Of a DNA stretch of 64,000 nt, positions 36,356 through 44,127 are shown piece after piece (positions within the stretch are counted from its first letter, which is position 1; every line of letters begins with the position of its first letter). Position numbers and translations under genes: made by a program. Source of the stretch: Clostridiales bacterium (lineage in GTDB: Bacteria > Bacillota > Clostridia > Christensenellales > Aristaeellaceae); the NCBI GenBank assembly GCA_004557905.1, contig SFFH01000001.1:83623-147622 (forward strand). The letters run 5' to 3'. Below the pieces are notes generated by a model. It had not been told where the DNA came from, did not search any database, and saw only the letters and a program-made list of their open reading frames with translations.

Positions 36356-36399
36356 AAACGCCGCTGAAAGGATCGAAGGATCACTCCGGCGGCGTTTTT
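36356..36399 (+). terminator. Terminator downstream of the spoVA genes
   Basis: aaacgccgc..gcggcgttt followed by tt. Confidence 0.55.
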
Positions 36400-36438
36400 C
36401 ATTCACAGGGTTATTTGACCGATTTTGAATTTTTATGG

Positions 36439-36467
36439 TTGACAAAACGGCATTCCTCGTGTATAAT
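36439..36467 (+). promoter_or_regulatory. Sigma-A promoter of tRNA-Tyr
   Basis: TTGACA, 17 nt, TATAAT (consensus). Confidence 0.75.
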
Positions 36468-36501
36468 ACTCCATGTTCCGCACGGAACGACAAATTCATA
36501 T

Positions 36502-36586
<85 letters not shown>

Positions 36587-36611
36587 TCTTCGCTAGTGAA
36601 AGCAATTTCAT

Positions 36612-36639
36612 GCAGGTTCAAGTCCTGTTTCCCGCACCA
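36612..36639 (+). other. Orphan tRNA 3' fragment (T-arm, acceptor 3' strand, CCA)
   Basis: gcagg-ttcaagt-cctgt ttcccgc a cca. No matching 5' acceptor strand (gcgggaa) lies upstream. Confidence 0.55.
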
Positions 36640-36643
36640 AATT

Positions 36644-36680
36644 AGCACGATAGTTTTGATACGAAACCATCGTGCTTTTT
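36644..36680 (+). terminator. Terminator after the tRNA region
   Basis: agcacgat..atcgtgct followed by ttttt. Confidence 0.75.
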
Positions 36681-36689
36681 CTATATTGG

Positions 36690-36718
36690 TTGATATTTAC
36701 ACAGCAATTTGATACAAT
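36690..36718 (+). promoter_or_regulatory. Sigma-A promoter (extended -10) of the islet ORF
   Basis: TTGATA, 17 nt, TACAAT, with TG at -15/-14. Confidence 0.6.
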
Positions 36719-36764
36719 CTATTCGACAAACTTGAATTTACAAACATTGAAAGGAGTTATTATC

Positions 36765-36995
36765 ATGTTGAAATTGTTTAAAAAATCTATTTGGATTCCT
36801 TATGAAGATAGTACTGTTTATCCTACTGTTGCAAAAGCACAGCAGGCAATTATCAAATATTGTGAAGATAACGGATTTTTATATGAATTTACTGCAGATG
36901 ATGAAGTTGTTATAGATGGAATTAAACATGGAATATATCGTGGATATGAATCTGGAAGTCGAGGAAACTATGGCATTAAATGTAGAGAGAAGTAA
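36765..36995 (+). CDS. Small hypothetical protein (76 aa) in the low-GC islet
   Basis: ATG follows AAAGGAG and the ORF has its own promoter. AT-rich codon usage is unlike the rest of the window. Confidence 0.55.
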   Translation: MLKLFKKSIWIPYEDSTVYPTVAKAQQAIIKYCEDNGFLYEFTADDEVVIDGIKHGIYRGYESGSRGNYGIKCREK

Positions 36996-37049
36996 CTCTA
37001 CAAATCATAATTTGACAAACTGATTAGCATAGCTTCAGTCCTAAAAGAG

Positions 37050-37112
37050 AGTTTCATTTCCCGCTTAATAGTTTCATTTTTTGAGTGAAACCAAATGAAA
37101 CCTTTTGAAACC
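37050..37112. repeat. Helically phased array of GTTTCA/TGAAAC hexamers
   Basis: AGTTTCATTT at 37050 and 37070. TGAAACC at 37086, 37096 and 37106 (exactly 10-bp spacing, opposite orientation). Confidence 0.7.
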
Positions 37113-37138
37113 ATATCATTATTATCAAACTAATTCAT

Positions 37139-37168
37139 AAAAACGCCTTGAGGATACAGGGCGTTTTT
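37139..37168. terminator. Bidirectional terminator
   Basis: aaaaacgcc-ttgaggatacag-ggcgttttt. Confidence 0.7.
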
Positions 37169-37273
37169 ATTATGAAGACATCAATGAAGCAGGAGCTTGA
37201 AACTGAGCAGCTCAACGAAGCGCTGAGGCGCAGCCGGAGCGAATGACGCAATCCATATCCTGCAGAATACAAG

Positions 37274-37315
37274 AGGAACCGCGGAGAGCAGAGGATTGGC
37301 TCTTTCGCGGTTCCT
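37274..37315 (-). terminator. Stem-loop downstream of the TPP-enzyme gene
   Basis: 10-bp stem aggaaccgcg/cgcggttcct. Confidence 0.5.
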
Positions 37316-37325
37316 TGATATCCGG

Positions 37326-38972
37326 TCAGTTGTGCTCCTGCGTCAGCGCCTTCAGCCTGGCGGTGAGCAGCACGTTCTCCCGGTAATCGATCGGGCAGTC
37401 GATGACGGCGGGCACGTCCTGAGAAAACGCGTCCTCCAGAATGGGCATCAGGTCGTCCGCGCGCTCGACGCGATAGCCCTTACAGCCCATGCTTTCGGCC
37501 AGCATCACGAAATCCGGGTTCGTGAAGCTGGTCATGTTCGTGTGGCCGAAGCGGTCGTTCTGCTTCCACTGGATCAGTCCGTAAGCGCTGTCGTTGAAGA
37601 TCAGGGTGACAAAGGGAAGACCCTCCCGGCGCGCGGTTTCCAGCTCCTGGCAGTTCATCATGAAGCCGCCGTCGCCGGTGACGGCCAGAATGCGCTTGTC
37701 GGGGTGCACCAGCTTGGCAGCCAGCGCGCCGGGCACGGCGATACCCATCGTCGCAAAGCCGTTGGAGATGAGGCAGGACCGCGGCTCGTCGCAGGGATAA
37801 TGCCGGGCAATCCACATCTTGTGCGCGCCGACGTCGCTGAGCAGGATGTCGCCGGGGCCCATGATCCGGCGAATGTCGCTGAGCACGCGCTGGGGCTTGA
37901 GGGGATAGCCGTCGTCACCTGCAAATCCGGCAAACTCGTCGAGCATGCGCGCGCGCAGCGCGAAGGCCATCTCCGGCTCCTGGATGCGGACGGTCAGCTG
38001 GGCGAGGTGTCGCAGCGTTTCGGCCATGTCGCCGATCACCTCGATGGCCGGCGGATAGCACCGGTTGACGTGCGCCGCTGTGCTGCTGACGTGGATGATC
38101 GTCTTGTCCTGCCGGGGGTCCAGGCGGGCGGGGGAAAGCTCCACGATGTCATAGCCGACGCACAGAAGGAGGTCGGCCTGCTCCAGCAGCAGGTCCTGAT
38201 AATCCCGCTGCGGAATGCCGATGGTGCCCATGGCGTAGGGATCGTCGCTGCGGATGACGCCCTTGGCCATCATGGTGTTGACCACCGGCAGATGCGCGGC
38301 GTGCGCCAGCTCCGTGATCTCGGCGGCGATGTCGCCCCTGGCGGCGTCCGCGCCGACCAGCATGACAGGGCATTTGGCGCGCGCCAGCAGCTTGGCCGCC
38401 TGGGCGATGGTCTCCAGATCGGCGTATTCCGGGCGGCTGTTCTGGGGAATCATGGGCTTCATGTTCTCCGGCACATCCATGCGCGCCACGTCCACGGGCA
38501 GGTCGATGAGCGTCGCGCCCATCTTGCCGTCCCGCTGGGCGTATTTGAAGGCGAGCCGAACGATTTCCGTGATGCTGTCCGGCCGCATGACCAGCTTGGT
38601 CCGCTTGGTGATTGGCTCAAAGAGCTTGTTCAGATCCAGATACTGATGGCCGGTGATGTGCATTCTCTCCGTGGAGACCTGCCCCGTGATGGCCACCAGC
38701 GGTGCGCCGTCCGAATTGGCGTCCGCCACGCCGGTGATCAGGTTCGTCGCACCGGGGCCGAGCGTGGCCAGGCAGACGCCGGCCTTTCCCGTCAGCCGGC
38801 CGTATACATCCGCCATAAACGCGGCGCCCTGCTCGTGACGGGTGGTGATGAAGCGGATGGGCGAGGCGGCCAGCGCCTCGATGATCTCCAGATTCTCCTC
38901 GCCGGGAATGCCGAATACGACCTCCACACCCTCTGCGGCGAGGCACTCAACCAGTTTCTGGGCAACGTTCAT
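37326..38972 (-). CDS. Thiamine-pyrophosphate enzyme, acetolactate synthase (AlsS/IlvB)-like
   Basis: 'VFGIPGEENL', 'TRHEQGAAFMADVYGRLTGK', 'GDGGFMMN' TPP motif. ATG follows GGGAGGA. The 975-aa track ORF is an upstream artefact. Confidence 0.85.
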   Translation of the reverse strand: MNVAQKLVECLAAEGVEVVFGIPGEENLEIIEALAASPIRFITTRHEQGAAFMADVYGRLTGKAGVCLATLGPGATNLITGVADANSDGAPLVAITGQVSTERMHITGHQYLDLNKLFEPITKRTKLVMRPDSITEIVRLAFKYAQRDGKMGATLIDLPVDVARMDVPENMKPMIPQNSRPEYADLETIAQAAKLLARAKCPVMLVGADAARGDIAAEITELAHAAHLPVVNTMMAKGVIRSDDPYAMGTIGIPQRDYQDLLLEQADLLLCVGYDIVELSPARLDPRQDKTIIHVSSTAAHVNRCYPPAIEVIGDMAETLRHLAQLTVRIQEPEMAFALRARMLDEFAGFAGDDGYPLKPQRVLSDIRRIMGPGDILLSDVGAHKMWIARHYPCDEPRSCLISNGFATMGIAVPGALAAKLVHPDKRILAVTGDGGFMMNCQELETARREGLPFVTLIFNDSAYGLIQWKQNDRFGHTNMTSFTNPDFVMLAESMGCKGYRVERADDLMPILEDAFSQDVPAVIDCPIDYRENVLLTARLKALTQEHN

Positions 38973-39182
38973 GCCGATTCCTCCCATATGAAAGAAGGCG
39001 GGCAGAACCCGTACGTGGGTACCGCTCGCCATTGAACAGAAACAGTATACTCCGGTATTGGAAAATGTCAAGGGTGTCGTTTCATTCTGACAAATTATTC
39101 GGCATAATTCCGCTGTGAATATGCAGAAAATAAGGAAAAAGTACAAAAATAGAAAATATTCCGGCATAATAGGAAAACAAAC

Positions 39183-39211
39183 TTGCAAATAAACAGGCGC
39201 TATGCTATTAT
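39183..39211 (+). promoter_or_regulatory. Sigma-A promoter of the ATP-grasp operon
   Basis: TTGCAA, 17 nt, TATTAT. A 5'-UTR hairpin (39221-39257, gatgcgccg/cggcgcatc) follows and abuts the RBS. Confidence 0.55.
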
Positions 39212-39266
39212 GTCTTTTATGCAGTGATCCGATGCGCCGCTTCGGCGCATCACTTGCCAAGGAGGA

Positions 39267-40595
39267 ATGACCGTGCCGGATACCAGAGAGCTCACCAAGC
39301 ACACAGAGGAGATCAACGAGCTGCTTGCCCGATATGGGGTCAAGTTCGGCCTGTACAAGCAAGGCGTTTTCAAGGAGCAGCTGTTCCCGTTTGACGCCAT
39401 TCCCCGGATCATCAGCGCGGAGGACTTTGCCGGGCTGGAGAGGGGACTCAAGCAGCGCGTGATGGCGCTCAACTGCTTCATCGCCGATATCTATGGCGAA
39501 AAGAAGATCATCCGCGACAAGGTGGTGCCGGAGGAGTTTGTGTTTGACAGCCCGGGCTATCTGGCCCAGTGCGAGGGCACGAAGCTGCCCAAGGGTGTCT
39601 GGTCGCACATCTCCGGCATCGATCTGGTGCAGGCGAAGGATGGCGGCTGGTTCATCCTGGAGGACAACCTGCGCGTGCCCTCCGGCGCGTCCTATCCGAT
39701 GATCGCCCGGGAGCTGTGCCGCCGGGCCAGCCCGCGCACGTTCCAGGCCTGCGGCGTGGCGGACAACCGGGACTATGCGGCCCTGCTGCGCTCCGCCATG
39801 GACCATGTGAACACCGGCGGCTGCACGGTGATCCTCACGCCGGGCCGGTACAATGCCGCGTATTTTGAGCACTCCTATCTGGCGGAAAAGACGGGCGCGC
39901 ACCTGGTGACCGGCAGCGAGCTGACCGTGGAGGACGGCTTCCTGTGGTTCAACGGCTACGACGGACGCAAGGAGCGCGTCGGCACCGTGTACCGCCGCAT
40001 CTCCGACGACTACCTGGACCCGATGAGCTTCCGCGCCGATTCGCTGATCGGCATTCCGCACCTGTACGAGGTGTTCCGCCGGGGCAACGTAGCGCTGATG
40101 AACGCGCCCGGCAACGGCGTGGCGGACGACAAGGGCATCTACTACTTTGTGCCCCGCATGATCCGCTACTATCTGGGCGAGGAGCCTGTGCTGCACAACG
40201 CTCCGACCTATCTGCCCTATTACGAGCAGGACATGCGGTATGTGCTCGAGCACTTTGACACGCTCGTGCTCAAGGACGTGGCGGAGGCCGGCGGCTACGG
40301 CGTGGTGTTCGGCAGCAAGATGACGAAGCAGCAGAAGGCGGACTTCATCGCGCTGCTGAAGAAGGAGCCGCGCCGCTTCATCGCGCAGGAGGTCATCGAC
40401 TTCCGCGACCTTAACATCATGGAGGGCGGCGAGGCGGTGCCGCGCAAGGCGGATCTTCGCGCCTTTGTGCTGATGGGCGAGGAGCCCATGGTCTGGAAGA
40501 GCGGCCTGACCCGCTTCTCGCGCAACCCGGATTCCTTTATCGTCAACAGCTCACAGGGAGGAGGCTTCAAGGACACATGGGTATTGTCTCATTGA
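39267..40595 (+). CDS. Circularly permuted type-2 ATP-grasp protein (DUF404/DUF407-like amidoligase)
   Basis: Overall similarity to the CP-ATP-grasp family as remembered ('GIDLV...DG.W.ILEDNLRVPSG', 'NAPGNGVADDK'). The start may be GTG 39273, 7 nt after GGAGG. Confidence 0.7.
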   Translation: MTVPDTRELTKHTEEINELLARYGVKFGLYKQGVFKEQLFPFDAIPRIISAEDFAGLERGLKQRVMALNCFIADIYGEKKIIRDKVVPEEFVFDSPGYLAQCEGTKLPKGVWSHISGIDLVQAKDGGWFILEDNLRVPSGASYPMIARELCRRASPRTFQACGVADNRDYAALLRSAMDHVNTGGCTVILTPGRYNAAYFEHSYLAEKTGAHLVTGSELTVEDGFLWFNGYDGRKERVGTVYRRISDDYLDPMSFRADSLIGIPHLYEVFRRGNVALMNAPGNGVADDKGIYYFVPRMIRYYLGEEPVLHNAPTYLPYYEQDMRYVLEHFDTLVLKDVAEAGGYGVVFGSKMTKQQKADFIALLKKEPRRFIAQEVIDFRDLNIMEGGEAVPRKADLRAFVLMGEEPMVWKSGLTRFSRNPDSFIVNSSQGGGFKDTWVLSH

Positions 40596-41245
40596 CCAAC
40601 ACGGACAAGCTCTACTGGCTGGGCCGGTACAGCGAGCGCGTCTACACCACCATCCGCCTGTTCGGCGAGAGCTTTGATCATCTGATCGAGGGCGAGGTGC
40701 AGAGCATCGGCGCGTTTTGCGCCTCGCTGAACATCCCCAATCTCTACACGTCGGGCGACGACTTCGTGGAGCGGTATCTGTTTGACGCGGAGAACCCGGA
40801 CTCTGTCTTCGCCAATCTGACCCGCGCGTATGACAACGCGATGACGCTGCGCGAGGAGATCGGCAGCGAATGCGTCAGCTACATTCAGCTGGCTATCTAC
40901 GCGATGAACAGCCTGCGCGGCAGTGAGAACCCAATGTTCGGCCTGCAGAAGGTGGTTGACGACATTCTGGCGTTCTGGGGGCTGTCGGATGACATCATCC
41001 CGGACGAGAACGTGCGCAACATCATCAAGGTCGGCAAGCGCGTGGAGCGTCTGGATCTGTATGCCCGGCTGAAGCTGCCAAAGAAGGACATCCTGCGCGA
41101 GGTCAGAAGGCTGGCGGTGCGCATCAGCCGGACCAACCTTCAGTACGCGCAGGCGGACATTGACCGGCTGATGGCCCTGGCCACGGCCGGGGAGACGGCG
41201 TATGACGAGATCGTCACGCTGGTGGATGGTCTGGTGAAAATCTGA
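40577..41245 (+). CDS. Alpha-E domain protein (short form)
   Basis: 'YWLGRYSERV' N-terminal signature and an all-helical composition. It overlaps the ATP-grasp gene by 19 nt. Confidence 0.65.
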   Translation: MGIVSLTNTDKLYWLGRYSERVYTTIRLFGESFDHLIEGEVQSIGAFCASLNIPNLYTSGDDFVERYLFDAENPDSVFANLTRAYDNAMTLREEIGSECVSYIQLAIYAMNSLRGSENPMFGLQKVVDDILAFWGLSDDIIPDENVRNIIKVGKRVERLDLYARLKLPKKDILREVRRLAVRISRTNLQYAQADIDRLMALATAGETAYDEIVTLVDGLVKI

Positions 41246-41261
41246 CGAGACGAGGTGCTCA

Positions 41262-42080
41262 ATGAGGAGACTGGCGTTTTCGTTCCGGCTGCGGCTTGAT
41301 TTCTCCGCGCCTGTTCAGAAGCATCATTATACGCTGCGCTGCCTGCCGGCCGATGCGCCGCATCAGCGCGTGCTGTCCGCTGCCCTGCGCGTGGAGCCTG
41401 AAAGCCGGGCTGTCACGTCCGCAGACGCATGCGGACGGTTCGACTTTGGCTGTATTGCCCCGGCGCATACCGGCTTTGAGGCGCTGGCGGAGGGCTGTGT
41501 GCTCTCCGCGCTGGAGGAAGGCGAGACGGCTGCGCCGGACTGGCAGCTTGGCCCGTATCGCATGTTCACGCCGCTGACGGCGCCCGGGCCGTCCATCCGC
41601 CGACTGAACGAAGAGCTTGCCGCCGGCACCCAGGTCGACACGCTGGCGGCCGGCATCATGGAGCTGCTGCGCGACCGCTTTGTCTACCTGCCGGGCAGCA
41701 CGCATGCGCTGACCACAGCCGAGGAGGCGGCTGTGGCCCTGCGCGGGGTCTGTCAGGACGAGAGCCACATCATGCTCTCGCTGCTGCGCCTGCGCGGCGT
41801 GCCCTGCCGCTACGCCGTGGGCTACATGCTGGGTGAGGGCTCGACCCATGCGTGGGTCGAGCTGTTGCATGAGGGCAGGTGGATCGGGCTGGACCCGACC
41901 AACCATCGCGCGGTCGGCGACGAATACATCCGGGTGTCCGTCGGCCGGGACGCCGGCGACTGCCCCGTCAACCGCGGCGTATTCTTTGGCGGCGCATCGC
42001 AGGTCAGCGAAAGCACCGTGCGCGTCTGGGAAGCACAGTCGCCGGACGGAAGCACGGAAATGAGGAGAGAGCGGAAATGA
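41262..42080 (+). CDS. Transglutaminase-like cysteine peptidase family protein
   Basis: Cys-His-Asp triad context 'GVCQDESH..', 'STHAWVE', 'GLDPTN'. An N-terminal Bact_transglu_N-like region is present. Confidence 0.8.
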   Translation: MRRLAFSFRLRLDFSAPVQKHHYTLRCLPADAPHQRVLSAALRVEPESRAVTSADACGRFDFGCIAPAHTGFEALAEGCVLSALEEGETAAPDWQLGPYRMFTPLTAPGPSIRRLNEELAAGTQVDTLAAGIMELLRDRFVYLPGSTHALTTAEEAAVALRGVCQDESHIMLSLLRLRGVPCRYAVGYMLGEGSTHAWVELLHEGRWIGLDPTNHRAVGDEYIRVSVGRDAGDCPVNRGVFFGGASQVSESTVRVWEAQSPDGSTEMRRERK

Positions 42081-43045
42081 TCGAGATTGTCACGCAGGTC
42101 GGCTTGCCCGTGGACGAGCGGCTCTGCATCAAAAAGAACCGCCTGCAGCCGGCGGACGACGGCAACGGACGGCGCATCAGCGTCATCACCGGCATCCACG
42201 GCGACGAGCTGGAGGGGCAGTATGTCTGCTGGCGGGTGCAGCAGCGCATCGGCGAGCACCCGGAATGCCTGCGGGGCACGGTGGACATCTATCCCGCCAT
42301 GAATCCGTTTGGCATCGACTCGGTCACGCGGGGCATTCCGGCCTTTGATCTGGATATGAACCGCATCTTTCCCGGCAGCGTGGACGGCGACATGAACGAG
42401 TACATCGCCGCGCAGATCATCGAGGACATTTCGGGAAGCGATCTGGCGCTGGACATTCACGCCTCCAACATCTATCTGACCGAGATCCCGCAGATCCGCA
42501 TCAACGAAATCAGCGCGCAGCGGCTTGTGCCCCTGGCGCAGAAGGCCAATGTGGACTTTGTGTGGGTGCACGGCGCGTCCACCGTGCTGGAATCGACCCT
42601 GGCCTACAGCCTCAACAGCTGGGGCGTGGACACGCTTGTGGTCGAGATGGGCGTGGGCATGCGCATCACCCGCAGCTACGGCGAGCAGCTGACGGACGGC
42701 ATCTTTAACCTGATGCGCGAGCTGGGCATCTGGACGGGCGAGGTGCAGACGACGCATACGCCCATCGTGTCCGGCATCCCGGACGAGGTGGAGTTTCTGA
42801 ACGCGCCGGTTTCCGGCGTGTTTGTCAAGTCGGTTTCCCACGGCGCGCTGCTGAAGCCCGGCGATGAGATCGGGCTGATCGTGGACCCGCTGCAGGGCAA
42901 GGTGCTTGACCGGGTGGTCTCGCCCTGCGAGGGCTGGCTGTTCACCGTGCGGGAATATCCCATGGTGGATCAGGGCTCGCTGATGGCCCGCATTCTGAAG
43001 GGACATATGGAAGAGGCGGCCCGGAAGGGAGGCGCGGCGCAATGA
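42077..43045 (+). CDS. AstE/AspA-family (succinylglutamate desuccinylase/aspartoacylase, M14-like) Zn deacylase
   Basis: 'GIHGDELEG', 'DMNRIFPG', 'LDIHAS'. ATGA start/stop overlap with the transglutaminase gene. Confidence 0.8.
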   Translation: MIEIVTQVGLPVDERLCIKKNRLQPADDGNGRRISVITGIHGDELEGQYVCWRVQQRIGEHPECLRGTVDIYPAMNPFGIDSVTRGIPAFDLDMNRIFPGSVDGDMNEYIAAQIIEDISGSDLALDIHASNIYLTEIPQIRINEISAQRLVPLAQKANVDFVWVHGASTVLESTLAYSLNSWGVDTLVVEMGVGMRITRSYGEQLTDGIFNLMRELGIWTGEVQTTHTPIVSGIPDEVEFLNAPVSGVFVKSVSHGALLKPGDEIGLIVDPLQGKVLDRVVSPCEGWLFTVREYPMVDQGSLMARILKGHMEEAARKGGAAQ

Positions 43046-43974
43046 AAAAGGAAGTGCTCTATGAGATCAAGGCGATCTACCGCGACGACTTCCGCGTGAC
43101 CGGCTATACCTTCGGCGAGGGCGAAAAGGCCCTGTGCATCGTCGGCAGCATGCGCGGCAACGAGAATCAGCAGCTGTACTGCTGCTCCCGGCTGGTGGCC
43201 AGGCTCAGGCAGCTGGAGGAGGAGGGCAGGCTGATCCCGGGCAAGCAGATTCTGGTGATTCCCTGCGCCAATCCCTATTCCATCAACACGAAGAAGCGCT
43301 TCTGGTGTACGGACAACACCGACATCAACCGCATGTTTCCGGGCTATGCGCTGGGCGAGACGACGCAGCGCATCGCGGCGGGCGTGTTTGAGGCCATCAA
43401 GGGCTGGCAGTACGGCATACAGTTTGCATCCTTTTATATGCCGGGCACCTTCGTTCCGCACATCCGCATGATGGACACGGGCTATCAGGACACGGAGCTG
43501 GCGTGCGAGTTTGGCCTGCCCTACGTCGTGGTGCAGAAGCCCCGGCCCTTTGACACCGCGACGCTCAACTACAACTGGCAGATCTGGGGCACGCACGCCT
43601 TCTCGCTCTACACGACCAACACGGCGCGGGTGGACGAGGAGAGCGCGCAGCAGGCGGAGAACGCGGTGCTGAGCTTCATGGCCAGGCGGCGTCTGATCAA
43701 TCATCATCCCCACGGCGGCTATCGCTCCGAGGTGATCCGCTCCGCGGACTTTGTCAGCGTCCGCGCGACTTGCTCCGGCTTTTTGCAGTGCCTGGTCCGG
43801 CCGGGACAGCGCGTTAGGCAGGATACGCTGCTGGCGCGCATCTTGGACCCCTATGAGGGCTGCGTCCGCGCGGAGCTGAGGGCGCCCATCCCGGGCGTGA
43901 TCGCTTTTGCCGGCGACGAGCCCATGGTCTATGAGAACACCGCCGTGCTCAAGCTGATCCGCGAAGAGGCGTAA
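43042..43974 (+). CDS. AstE/AspA-family paralog lacking the Zn-binding histidines (probable pseudoenzyme)
   Basis: 'GSMRGNENQ' and 'IQFASF' replace the HxxE and H motifs. 'DINRMFPG' is retained. ATGA overlap with the previous gene. Confidence 0.7.
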   Translation: MKKEVLYEIKAIYRDDFRVTGYTFGEGEKALCIVGSMRGNENQQLYCCSRLVARLRQLEEEGRLIPGKQILVIPCANPYSINTKKRFWCTDNTDINRMFPGYALGETTQRIAAGVFEAIKGWQYGIQFASFYMPGTFVPHIRMMDTGYQDTELACEFGLPYVVVQKPRPFDTATLNYNWQIWGTHAFSLYTTNTARVDEESAQQAENAVLSFMARRRLINHHPHGGYRSEVIRSADFVSVRATCSGFLQCLVRPGQRVRQDTLLARILDPYEGCVRAELRAPIPGVIAFAGDEPMVYENTAVLKLIREEA

Positions 43975-44000
43975 GCGCCTGCAAAAACTGCAAACAAATC

Positions 44001-44041
44001 AGAGGCTTTCCCGCAGCACTGCGAGGGACGGCCTCTTTTTT
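44001..44041 (+). terminator. Terminator of the ATP-grasp operon
   Basis: agaggc..(inner ccgcag/ctgcga)..gcctct followed by tttttt. Confidence 0.65.
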
Positions 44042-44127
44042 GTTGCTTTTCTTCTGCATTTGCTGTCAGGAAGTGCGCCTTTCCCGGCATAACAGGGTGA
44101 AAAGCAAACCGGAAAGGAACGACAGCC

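Noticed and set aside
36626-37074. 8-bp direct repeat tttcccgc (tRNA fragment end and 37057-37064) as att-site duplication
   Set aside because: The repeat is too short to distinguish from chance. It would delimit only about 440 bp, and there is no recombinase. It is mentioned only as a weak possibility.
37296-40253. 579-aa plus-strand ORF (37296-39035) and the 975-aa extension of the minus-strand ORF (to 40253)
   Set aside because: The TPP enzyme starts at 38972 with GGGAGGA plus ATG. The plus ORF is its antisense. The region 38973-39266 is AT-rich promoter DNA, and 39267 onward is the plus-strand ATP-grasp gene.
41822-43042. 406-aa minus-strand ORF
   Set aside because: It is antisense to the transglutaminase and deacylase genes, which show catalytic motifs and translational coupling on the plus strand.
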